64,000 nt of DNA from Verrucomicrobiales bacterium (GTDB taxonomy: Bacteria; Verrucomicrobiota; Verrucomicrobiia; Verrucomicrobiales; V1-33), in contig JANOAV010000134.1 of NCBI GenBank assembly GCA_031411295.1, positions 32,001 to 96,000 of the forward strand. Reading direction: 5' to 3'. Position numbers and translations under genes: made by a program. The notes under the pieces are model-generated. The model made no database searches. It was not told where the DNA came from and saw only the letters and a program-made list of their open reading frames with translations. This document shows, piece by piece, positions 1-8,583 of this stretch (its first letter is position 1; each line of letters starts with the position of its first letter).

Positions 1-94
1 ACTGTCACCCGGCCCGCATCGGCTGGAAGTGAAAGCCAAAAACGGAATAGATTTCTGCCATGCCGTCTGGGGTTTTGCACCCGAGGAAATTCTG

Positions 95-1795
95 ATGCAA
101 GCACCGCAATATTTGGTGACGATTGGAGCCATCTTGAAGGATGGCACCGAAGGATTAGCCGATTGGATCAACCATCACCGGGTCCTTGGGGTGGAGCATT
201 TTTATTTGCTGGATTCTGGTGCTCAAGAGGACCTGCCGAACACGATCCGCGAGTTTGGATTTGCAGATTTTGTAACGATTGAGCCTTGGCTTCAACCTAC
301 AGTAACCGCAGAGGCCGAGGCTTATGAGTTCCTGACAACCAAATACGCCGCAGAATGTCAGTGGATGGCACTGATCGACCTCAATGAGTTTCTGGTGCCG
401 AAGCTGGGAACTTCGTTGACGAAATATCTCAGGGCATTCGAGGATTTCGGGGCGTTGAAAACGTGTCGGCGAATGTTTGTAGCCGAGAACAGTTACTATC
501 GGGATGATCGTCTGAGATTCATCGTCCAGCCGCGTTTCGTGACGAAGTTCCTCAGCGCCTATGAAGTCGAGATGATGCCGGGCAGGCAGGCGGTCAGTGA
601 ACATTTCGATGATTACATTTCTGACCTGCATCTCCAGATCAATCATTACCTAGAAGCGCCAGCCGAAGCCGGGAATGAAGAAGAAGAGGAGGACGAGGAT
701 GAGGTGAAACTTTACCAAGACCGAAGCGTGGAGGATTTGCGAAAGCGGCAAGCGATGGTGCCGTTCCCTCCAGAGGATGTTCCGGTGTTCGGTTACATTC
801 ACATTGCCGCAGTGGGTCACTGGCGAGCGATTTTGAACTCGCAGTTGCAGCGCTGCCAGCAGTCTGGACTGTATGATCGCACCACGGAAATCAGGCTGGG
901 AATAGTTGGCGTCACGCCGGAAATTCTGGCGGAATTGGCTGATCTTCCCGAGAAAGTAACGATTGTGTGCACCGATCCAGAACTTAGGAAATTTGAGTTT
1001 CCCACTCTGGCAGCGCTCCAAGCCGCGTGTGAGGATGATCGCTTATCCTACATCTGGTATGTTCACAGCAAGGGAGCAGTAAATCGGCATCCTGTGCAGC
1101 ACGGCTGGCGTGCACGCATGGAGGAGTTCATTATGTATCACCATGAGCTGGCGATCGACCGGATGGACGCGGGCCATTGTGCTGCGGCAGGCTTTGGAAT
1201 GCGCAACCCGTGGTGCCACATTCCGGGAAATTTCTGGTGGATCAGGAGTGACTACGCCCTGCGATTGCCGAAATTTGAAGATTTGAATTGGGAAAACCGT
1301 TATGAGGCTGAACGCTGGATCGGAGCAGCGGGCCTAAGTAGCTTTTACATCCATGATTTTGGCGACATCCTGTTTGATGATTGGGAAATCCTTTCCAGCC
1401 ATACGGGAGCCGGAACGGTGACTACTGCGCAATACCATGGCTGGGAACATCTGCCGGAAGGGCATAATCGGCTGCCAGTGCTCGCGCCTGCAGCGTTGCC
1501 CCTATTCGACCACGTCATTTCGGCGCATGCCCCATCCCACGTTGAGCTGATGCTGGAGCGGGAGGCGGAGGTGATTGGATTCGTCTGTGAGTCCGGGCGG
1601 TCAACAGGTTGGGGGCTGAAGTTTTACATCGATGAGGTTTCCGTTGGGAAAACGGATGCTTGTGGTGTGCCGATGGTAGCAACGATCCTACCTCCCGGAA
1701 GTCATGATCTGGAAGTCCATCTGACCAAAGGTGAAATCCCAGGGGCTCACAGTGTGTGGGGCATCCGCTTCCTGGAGCCCTCGAAGCATAACTAA
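95..1795 (+). CDS. Multi-domain glycosyltransferase-like protein (GT92/GT2-like N-domain, HSKG...GNFWW domain, small C-terminal beta domain)
   Basis: ORF 29-1795; ATG at 95 preferred. N-terminal 'WINHHRVLGVEHFYLLD...WMALIDLNEFL...INHY' fits the GT92/Glyco_tranf_2_4 pattern; acidic linker; second domain 'GYIHIA...YVHSKG...WRARME...GNFWW...RYEAERWI'. Confidence 0.7.
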   Translation: MQAPQYLVTIGAILKDGTEGLADWINHHRVLGVEHFYLLDSGAQEDLPNTIREFGFADFVTIEPWLQPTVTAEAEAYEFLTTKYAAECQWMALIDLNEFLVPKLGTSLTKYLRAFEDFGALKTCRRMFVAENSYYRDDRLRFIVQPRFVTKFLSAYEVEMMPGRQAVSEHFDDYISDLHLQINHYLEAPAEAGNEEEEEDEDEVKLYQDRSVEDLRKRQAMVPFPPEDVPVFGYIHIAAVGHWRAILNSQLQRCQQSGLYDRTTEIRLGIVGVTPEILAELADLPEKVTIVCTDPELRKFEFPTLAALQAACEDDRLSYIWYVHSKGAVNRHPVQHGWRARMEEFIMYHHELAIDRMDAGHCAAAGFGMRNPWCHIPGNFWWIRSDYALRLPKFEDLNWENRYEAERWIGAAGLSSFYIHDFGDILFDDWEILSSHTGAGTVTTAQYHGWEHLPEGHNRLPVLAPAALPLFDHVISAHAPSHVELMLEREAEVIGFVCESGRSTGWGLKFYIDEVSVGKTDACGVPMVATILPPGSHDLEVHLTKGEIPGAHSVWGIRFLEPSKHN

Positions 1796-1821
1796 CCTGA
1801 TAAATTTTAGCCTCACTGACC

Positions 1822-3126
1822 ATGGTTACTCGCACAGATATAATTAATGCCCTGATTCAGCAGTTCGGCTACTCCAGTTATCTGGAGATCGGGGTCGGAA
1901 ATGGTCAAAATTATGAAGCGATCACGATCCCGCATAAGGAAGGAGTCGATCCTGGAGGCGAGGAGGACTGGGATGGACGTATCACCTATAAAATGACCTC
2001 TGATGAGTTCTTCGCAGCGCATGGTGGAAAGCGCTACGATCTGATCTTCATTGATGGTCTGCACCATGCGGAGTATGTGGAAAGGGATATCCTCAACGCG
2101 CTGAAGTCCATCAATGAAGGAGGGATCATCGTCTGTCACGACCTGAATCCAGGAACGGAGTTGATGCAGCGCGTGCCGAGGGAAACTGCGGGATGGACTG
2201 GAGATTGCTGGCGGGCTTGGATCAAAATTCGAGCGGAGCGTCCGGAGTTACCGATGTTCGTGCTGGAACCAGACTACGGCGTGGGTGTCATTTACCCAGC
2301 GGGCCAGCCGATCAGCTGTGAGGCAAGGTTAGATCACACAATGCCATTTCTGGAATTTGTGAGGAAGAAGCAGCAGTTATTGCCACTCGTTACCGTAGAT
2401 GACTTGTGGCTTCGACTCGGATGCCTGGCGGTTGCGGATTACGAGGTGCCGAACTGGGTCGCCAATCTGGCCACACTGCCTGATGCGGCCAGGCCTTTCC
2501 TCGTCTATTGCCCGGTGGATCACGCGGATTTCGTAACAGATCTATTGTCTGAGGAACGGAATTTCGATGTGGCGTTCAACGATTACACGGGCAACAGCGA
2601 ACCAATTCCAGGTGCTGAATGGTTCTTCTCAGAGAAGGGTCACAAGTGGCCATGCGCGGCTAGGAATTTGCCGAAAATTCCGGTTAAATATCAGGCGTAT
2701 GCCTTCTGGGACAATGACATCGAAATCAGCGTGCCTGATCTCAACCAGCTTTTCAACATCGGAACCAGTCTCGGGCTTCAACTATACCAGGCGAGCCTGA
2801 CCCACGAAAGCATCGCCATCCACCCGAGATTTAAAACGCAGCCCGGCTCACTGGTGCGGGCGACGGACTTCGTGGAAATCATGATGCCGGTCTTTTCCCG
2901 AGAAGGATTGGAGGCGTGCGGACATACTTTCACGGATTCCGAAAGTGGCTACGGGCTGGATAATGTGTGGCCAATGTATGTCGACCGGCTAGGCGTCGTG
3001 GATGCCATTCAGGCCAAGCATCTCAGGCCGATCAATTCTGGCGGATGGAAACTGGAAAACGGCCTTACGGCAGGAGATGAAGTTGCCATCGTGATTGACA
3101 AGCACCGCAAAATCTTGGGGCTTTGA
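1822..3126 (+). CDS. Class I SAM methyltransferase (Methyltransf_24-like) fused to a DUF707-like GT-A domain
   Basis: 'YLEIGV...GVDP...YDLIFIDGLH...GGIIVCHD...WTGDCW' is the methyltransferase; 'YAFWDND...YQASL...FVEIMMPVFSR...GYGLD...VVDA' is the DUF707 pattern. Confidence 0.75.
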   Translation: MVTRTDIINALIQQFGYSSYLEIGVGNGQNYEAITIPHKEGVDPGGEEDWDGRITYKMTSDEFFAAHGGKRYDLIFIDGLHHAEYVERDILNALKSINEGGIIVCHDLNPGTELMQRVPRETAGWTGDCWRAWIKIRAERPELPMFVLEPDYGVGVIYPAGQPISCEARLDHTMPFLEFVRKKQQLLPLVTVDDLWLRLGCLAVADYEVPNWVANLATLPDAARPFLVYCPVDHADFVTDLLSEERNFDVAFNDYTGNSEPIPGAEWFFSEKGHKWPCAARNLPKIPVKYQAYAFWDNDIEISVPDLNQLFNIGTSLGLQLYQASLTHESIAIHPRFKTQPGSLVRATDFVEIMMPVFSREGLEACGHTFTDSESGYGLDNVWPMYVDRLGVVDAIQAKHLRPINSGGWKLENGLTAGDEVAIVIDKHRKILGL

Positions 3127-3152
3127 GCCCGGTTCCAACTGAATATTCTCCC

Positions 3153-5429
3153 ATGAAATCGCTAATTATAATTACTGTAACATCAGATCGTCCTGATCGC
3201 TTGACCATGCTCAGACGAATTGCGGCCGCCCTCGCTGCACAGGAAGCCTTGATCTGGCTCGTCGTGGAGGACGGCGAGCAGCCTGATACTGAGGTGACAA
3301 AATTGCTTGATGGTAGCGGTGTCTTCAATCATTACTGGGCTGTAGGGCCGACGCATGATGGTGGAAGCACCCAGCGAAATGATGCCTTACAATATATTCG
3401 AGACCGGGGTCTGGAGGGTGTGATCTACAATGCAGAAGCGAATAATTTCTATTACACACGTCTTTTTGATGAACTCAGAAAAACGGACCGCATTTCGGTC
3501 ATACCGGTTGGTAATTTAGGACCGTTTGGCGTTGAACGACCGATCCTAGAGCATGGGGAATTCTTGCGTTGGGACGCAGGAAAACTGGAGCGAAAATTTC
3601 CCATAAACCTAGCGGGATTTGGTTGTGATGCTAAAGTCCTCCATGAACTGGTGCCTCCGCTTTGGGGCTTTGTAGGGGTCGGCGGCGAGACGGAATTTCT
3701 TGAGCGAGTTGCCGCAGGCCCGAATGAGTTTCAGTTTCTCTGCAATGGTTGCAGCGAATGTTTGATTTTTCACAATGAGCCACTGCCGGAAGGATGGGAG
3801 GAAGCGAATCTGGAGTTTGAGGCGATGATTGAGCCACTGAAATTTCGCGATGCTCTGGTGGCAGCTCTCTATGGGAGTTTGGGTGACCAACTCTTTCTTT
3901 ACGCTTTCGCTTGGCGTGTCGCTCAAGCGACGGGACGGCATCTGTTGATTTCTTACGAAGGAGACTGTTATAGCCTGGACGAATTAGGGGTGACCCTGAC
4001 ACCTCGGCATTCCCTCCCACTAAAGGATTGTTGCCTAGTTTACGATGAGCCTTGGGAGGCTGGGGTGGGTGAAGAAATGATCGCTGAACTAGAAGAGGAA
4101 ACCTCAGATGCTGTATGGCTCGCTGGTAGGTTCCAAGACTTCCGTTTCTTGACGGAGGAGGAAGCGACCATGTTGAGGGGGCTGTTGCAGCGGGTTCCTT
4201 CTGCCCACGTAGAGATTCAGGGCGCGGCGGGTGGAGTTGGCGTGGAAATGTTCGTGGGATCAATGCGGAATCTTGAAACCCGACTAGCATTGGCGGCTAA
4301 GGGCTGGGGGCAAAGGCTGGCGGACATAGTGAGGGAATGTCCCGAGAAAAAGTATGTTGTCTTTTCGGATCAGTCACAGCGCCTACGTCAAATATTTGAG
4401 GAGCGCTATGAGGCTCCCTCTTTGGGGCGGGGGTCAGTGATTTTTGTGCCTGTGGGCACTGAAGCTTCGATGCTAGCGATGCTCCAGAATTGTGAGGAAA
4501 TCATTTACGCTGAGGATTCGCTAGGCAGTTGGGTTGGTTGGTTGACTGGCAAAACCAGTGTCTTTGCGCTGCCTCGCAAATCTCAAGTTGAGTTGTCACA
4601 GAACTTCCTCACATTTTCTGTGAGCGATGGAGGACTAAACGTTTTGGACTTCTCACAATACGAATCACGGGGAGGTAACATGTTGCGGATGCTGAGGGAT
4701 TTAGTGGCAGCAGCTCCCGCTAGCTTTGAGGGAAAGATTGGAATGGCATCCTTCGGCGATACACCGCCTGAACCCGCTGCTGACCTAGCTGCACAGTTTG
4801 ACTTTGCTTTCTGCACCACCAAGTGGCAAGGGCGGCCATCAGCGTTTCAGTGGATCCCCAGCCCGAATTCAATAGCTTGGCCGCAGGTTGGTATTGATGA
4901 CGGGGAAGCCCTGCTCCAGCAAATGCTGGACCATGCCGCTCCTCCCGAAACAGCCAAGCTCTTCTGGATCGGGGCAGACACTCATCCTGTGCGCGGACAA
5001 CTACGGGATCTGGCAGCAGACCATCCGGATATGATGGACATTGAACTGATGGGTTGGAAGCCAACTGGAGGGATTGCATTGGCCTCGAAGACACGTTTTG
5101 TTTCGTTGTTCGACCACGTGCAGTTCAAGTATTTGGTCGATCTACCCGGCTATGGGTATTCAGGACGGCTTCGCTGGCTACTAGCCTCAGGAAGGCCTGT
5201 TTTTGTGGTGGAGAGGACCTGCGTGGAACCTTGGTTTGAGGAGTTGGTTCCGTGGGTGCATTTTGTGCCTGTGAAAGATGATTTGAGTGATCTGTTCATG
5301 GCTTATGGGAGAATCGAAGCAGCAGCGAAACTCTACAACACGATCAGCAACGAAGCACGAAGCTTTGTCAGGGAGAATTTGTTCTGGAAGCAAGAGAAGA
5401 AACGAATTTTGGGTGACCTCACTGGTTAG
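3153..5429 (+). CDS. Triple glycosyltransferase fusion: GT43-like + GT11-like + GT90/CAP10
   Basis: GT43: 'WLVVED...QRNDALQYI...LFDELR...VERP...RKFPINLAGF'; GT11: 'GSLGDQLFLYA...GRFQD...VVFSD'; GT90: 'KLFWIG...FKYLVDLPGYGYSGRLRWLL...WFEELVPWVHFVPVKDDLSDL'. Alternative TTG start at 3123 overlaps the upstream stop. Confidence 0.75.
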   Translation: MKSLIIITVTSDRPDRLTMLRRIAAALAAQEALIWLVVEDGEQPDTEVTKLLDGSGVFNHYWAVGPTHDGGSTQRNDALQYIRDRGLEGVIYNAEANNFYYTRLFDELRKTDRISVIPVGNLGPFGVERPILEHGEFLRWDAGKLERKFPINLAGFGCDAKVLHELVPPLWGFVGVGGETEFLERVAAGPNEFQFLCNGCSECLIFHNEPLPEGWEEANLEFEAMIEPLKFRDALVAALYGSLGDQLFLYAFAWRVAQATGRHLLISYEGDCYSLDELGVTLTPRHSLPLKDCCLVYDEPWEAGVGEEMIAELEEETSDAVWLAGRFQDFRFLTEEEATMLRGLLQRVPSAHVEIQGAAGGVGVEMFVGSMRNLETRLALAAKGWGQRLADIVRECPEKKYVVFSDQSQRLRQIFEERYEAPSLGRGSVIFVPVGTEASMLAMLQNCEEIIYAEDSLGSWVGWLTGKTSVFALPRKSQVELSQNFLTFSVSDGGLNVLDFSQYESRGGNMLRMLRDLVAAAPASFEGKIGMASFGDTPPEPAADLAAQFDFAFCTTKWQGRPSAFQWIPSPNSIAWPQVGIDDGEALLQQMLDHAAPPETAKLFWIGADTHPVRGQLRDLAADHPDMMDIELMGWKPTGGIALASKTRFVSLFDHVQFKYLVDLPGYGYSGRLRWLLASGRPVFVVERTCVEPWFEELVPWVHFVPVKDDLSDLFMAYGRIEAAAKLYNTISNEARSFVRENLFWKQEKKRILGDLTG

Positions 5430-5440
5430 CCAAACTTACG

Positions 5441-5509
5441 GGTGAATCATGCGGATTTTGTGACAGATCTGTTGTCCGAGGAGCAAAGTTTCTATCTAGC
5501 GTTCAACGA
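5441..5509 (+). pseudogene. 69-bp relic of the DUF707-domain coding region (copy of 2514-2582)
   Basis: 56/69 identical to 2514-2582 by manual alignment; translates VNHADFVTDLLSEEQSFYLAFN versus VDHADFVTDLLSEERNFDVAFN. Confidence 0.8.
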
Positions 5510-5550
5510 ACAATATTGAAACAATTCAGGTGTTTGCTTGTGCAGAAGCA

Positions 5551-6384
5551 TTACTCCCCAGTCCAGACCTCTGCCACCCGCTCGATCTTGAGCGCTTTGC
5601 CGGTATCACAATCGATTTCCATCCACGCCCCACAGACTTTCACGGGGCCGGGAGCGACAATGAATTTCCCTGGCATGCTGGTGCGGAAGCGTTGTAGAAC
5701 GGGTTCGATTCTGCTGCCGATGACGCTTTCGATGGGGCCACACATGCCCGCATCGCAGAGGAACGCGGTGCCTCCGGGAAAAATGGTTTCATCTGCCGTT
5801 TGCACATGCGTGTGGGTGCCGATGACGCCACTGACTTTCCCGTCCAAGTGGCGGCCCATGGCGATTTTCTCGCTGGTGGCCTCGCCATGGAAATCCATGA
5901 AGATCACGGGTGTCTCTTCCCGTAATTTCTCCACTTCTTTCGCAGCAGCCAGGAACGGATTCTCCAAGGGTGGTTGGGTAAACGTCCGACCTTGGGCACA
6001 CAGCACGGCCACTTTCCCCTTGTCCGTTTCCAGGACCACGGAGCCCTGCCCCGGGGTTCCTTCCGGGTAGTTTAAGGGGCGCAGGAGTCGGGGCTCCGTT
6101 TCCATATAACTGATGATATCCGACTGGTCCCAAGCGTGATCCCCGAGGGTGACCACGGCTGCGCCTGCCCGGAGAAGCGCGATGCAAATCTTCGGCGTGA
6201 TGCCACGGCCGGCGGCTGAGTTCTCGCCATTGACGACAACGAAATCGATTTGGTGCTTCTCCTTGAGCACCGGGATGAGATCGACCACAGCTCTGCGCCC
6301 AGGTTCACCGAAGACGTCTCCGAGGAAGAGAATTCGAATGCACCGCGCTGGGGCTGGGGAGGAATTGATGGGAGTCAGAGCCAT
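5551..6384 (-). CDS. ymdB: YmdB/TIGR00282 family metallophosphoesterase
   Basis: 'ILFLGDVFGEPG', 'NGENSAAGRG', 'DFHGEATSEK', 'GTHTHVQTAD', 'DAGMCGP'. Confidence 0.92.
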   Translation of the reverse strand: MALTPINSSPAPARCIRILFLGDVFGEPGRRAVVDLIPVLKEKHQIDFVVVNGENSAAGRGITPKICIALLRAGAAVVTLGDHAWDQSDIISYMETEPRLLRPLNYPEGTPGQGSVVLETDKGKVAVLCAQGRTFTQPPLENPFLAAAKEVEKLREETPVIFMDFHGEATSEKIAMGRHLDGKVSGVIGTHTHVQTADETIFPGGTAFLCDAGMCGPIESVIGSRIEPVLQRFRTSMPGKFIVAPGPVKVCGAWMEIDCDTGKALKIERVAEVWTGE

Positions 6385-6461
6385 GAGGGGGGAAAAGTTG
6401 ATCAGAAACCACCCCCATCGGTCAGGAGAGTGGATTTGTCCAACAGGATTCCGCTAAGCCC

Positions 6462-6489
6462 TTGACTCTCAGGCCCGGAGAAATAGGCT
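6462..6489 (+). promoter_or_regulatory. Sigma70-type promoter TTGACT-N16-TAGGCT, 7 nt before the ROK ATG (leaderless)
   Basis: Read directly from the sequence; the same geometry recurs at 10223, 15365(-) and 47806. Confidence 0.55.
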
Positions 6490-6496
6490 GCGATCC

Positions 6497-7516
6497 ATGG
6501 GAAACGAATCTTCTTTTTACGCAGGTCTTGATATTGGAGGCACCACCGTCAAGGCCGTTCTGGTCAACCACCAAGGCACCCAGACGGGTCCGTTGACGGA
6601 GGTGCGCAGTCTGGTCAAAGACGGCTACGAGGCGACCTTTGGGCAATTGGATTTGGCGTTGAATCATCTGGCTACAGGCGCGGGAATCGAACGCAGTGCC
6701 ATCAAAGGAATCGGCCTGGACGTGCCAGCGCCCAGCAGCAATGGCGTCATCTGGGGGCGGGCAAATTTAGGCGAGGACTGGGTGGGCACGGACATCCGGG
6801 GAAAGCTATCGGAGCGCATGGGAGTGCCCGTTTATATGACCAACGATGGAAATGCCGCCGCGCTGGGCGAGTATGCCCTGCGCCACAAACATATCGGCAG
6901 CCTGCTGCTGGTGGCGCCCGGCACTGGGCTTGGCGGCGGGTTCGTCCTACCGGGAGGAAAAGGTCACGAAGGAGCCAATGGGATGGCGCTGGAAATCGGC
7001 CACATCAGCGTGCCCTTTCGCGAGGATGATGGAGAGTTGCCGACCTGCTCCTGTGGACTCACGGGCTGCGTCGAAGCCTGGGTCTCACTCGTGGCGCTCC
7101 GCCGCAGATTGAGCCTGGAGCTGGCCAAGCCGGAATGGGCGGACCACCCCTTAAACTCCGCAGAAATTCCGGTCGAGGAGAAAGCTTTTAAGCTGCGTGG
7201 ATTCGCGGAGAAGGGAGATGCGCTCGCAGTGCAGATTTTCAAACAACAAGGCTATATTTTCGGATATGCCATTGCGGACATGGTGCGCACCCTGGATCCT
7301 GGCTTGGTCGTCGTCGGGGGCGGGTTGGCGGAAACATCATTCCGGGATCAATACATGGCTTGGATCAATGAAGGCTTTGCCGCGCGCGCCTGGCCAGTCT
7401 ATCGCTTCAATCCGATCGACCCCAGCAAGGTCACGACCGATTTCGAATGGGCCATCGGAGGCGATGCCGCTGCCGCCATCGGCATGGCCTATACCGCCCA
7501 CGAACTCTTCCACTGA
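6497..7516 (+). CDS. ROK family sugar kinase
   Basis: 'GLDIGGT', 'NDGNAAALGE', 'GTGLGGG', 'EIGH', 'CSCG..GCVE'. Confidence 0.9.
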   Translation: MGNESSFYAGLDIGGTTVKAVLVNHQGTQTGPLTEVRSLVKDGYEATFGQLDLALNHLATGAGIERSAIKGIGLDVPAPSSNGVIWGRANLGEDWVGTDIRGKLSERMGVPVYMTNDGNAAALGEYALRHKHIGSLLLVAPGTGLGGGFVLPGGKGHEGANGMALEIGHISVPFREDDGELPTCSCGLTGCVEAWVSLVALRRRLSLELAKPEWADHPLNSAEIPVEEKAFKLRGFAEKGDALAVQIFKQQGYIFGYAIADMVRTLDPGLVVVGGGLAETSFRDQYMAWINEGFAARAWPVYRFNPIDPSKVTTDFEWAIGGDAAAAIGMAYTAHELFH

Positions 7517-7655
7517 GTTCCCAACACGCGTATGGCCAGCGCGGCTTGCAATTAGTCAGAGTTGGCAAAGAATCCAGTCGCTCATCCACCCTTGTTTTTT
7601 CCGAGCGATGGTTCCGGATCGTCGCTGTCATTCTATCCCAACTAACTCCATCCAT

Positions 7656-8519
7656 ATGAAACATTTTTTCCCCACCCTCGCCTTAACCCTGTTGGCGCTC
7701 TTGCCCACCAGTCGAGCCGATGCTCCGTTGCCCGATTCCGTCAAAGTGGGCGGCTTTGCCGTTGGTTGTCAAGCCTACACCTTCAATCGCTTCAGCGTCT
7801 TCGAGGCCATCGAAAAAACCGCTTCCACCGGAGCCAAAGTCATCGAATTCTATCCCGGTCAGAAGCTTTCCCCTGAGGAACCGTCGGTCAAATTCAGTCA
7901 CGATGCCTCCCCGGAAGTCTGGGACAAAGTGAAAGCCAAGTTGAAGGAAGCAGGCATCACCCCGGTGGCCTACGGTGTCGTCGGCTTGTCCAAAGACGAA
8001 GCCGCATCGCGCAAAGTATTTGAATTCGCCAAGAGCTTCGGCATCAAGGTGATCAACACCGAGTCCGTCGATGCCATCGATACGTTCGAGAAACTCGTCA
8101 AGGAATACGATATCAAAGTCGGATTCCATGATCACCCCAAGCGCCCGGATGACGTGAACTACAAAATGTGGGATCCGAACTATATCCTCTCCGTCGTGAA
8201 AGATCGCGACATCCGGATCGGATCGTGCGCGGACATCGGCCACTGGGTGCGTAGCGGCTTGAAGCCCATCGATTGCGTGAAAATCCTCAAAGGTCGCATA
8301 GTCAGCAGCCATATGAAAGACCTGCATGTAGCGCTCCCCATCGGCCATGACGTCCATTGGGGTGAGGGTGTCAGCGGAGTGAAGGAAGTGCTCGATGAGT
8401 ATAAAGCACAAGGATTCGTGGGGCCGATCTCCATCGAATACGAATACAACTGGGACAACAACGTGGTGGACGCCAAAGCCTGCATGGACTTCATGCGCGC
8501 CTACGGTGCGAAGAAATAA
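7656..8519 (+). CDS. Exported sugar phosphate isomerase/epimerase family protein (xylose-isomerase-like TIM barrel)
   Basis: Signal peptide 'MKHFFPTLALTLLALLPTSRA'; 'DIGHW', 'HMKD', 'ISIEYE'. The ORF-track extension to 7197 overlaps the ROK gene and is not used. Confidence 0.85.
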   Translation: MKHFFPTLALTLLALLPTSRADAPLPDSVKVGGFAVGCQAYTFNRFSVFEAIEKTASTGAKVIEFYPGQKLSPEEPSVKFSHDASPEVWDKVKAKLKEAGITPVAYGVVGLSKDEAASRKVFEFAKSFGIKVINTESVDAIDTFEKLVKEYDIKVGFHDHPKRPDDVNYKMWDPNYILSVVKDRDIRIGSCADIGHWVRSGLKPIDCVKILKGRIVSSHMKDLHVALPIGHDVHWGEGVSGVKEVLDEYKAQGFVGPISIEYEYNWDNNVVDAKACMDFMRAYGAKK

Positions 8520-8546
8520 GCTCCCACAACAGACCTGACTTTTTGA

Positions 8547-8578
8547 GTGCGGACCGCGGCGCAAGCTGCGGTCCGCGC
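8547..8578. terminator. GC-rich hairpin with GCAA loop between convergent genes
   Basis: gtgcggaccgcggc-GCAA-gctgcggtccgcgc; no clear U-tract. Confidence 0.55.
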
Positions 8579-8583
8579 TGCGT

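Noticed and set aside
7197..7655. N-terminal extension of the TIM-barrel ORF
   Set aside because: Overlaps the ROK gene; the signal peptide starts at 7656.
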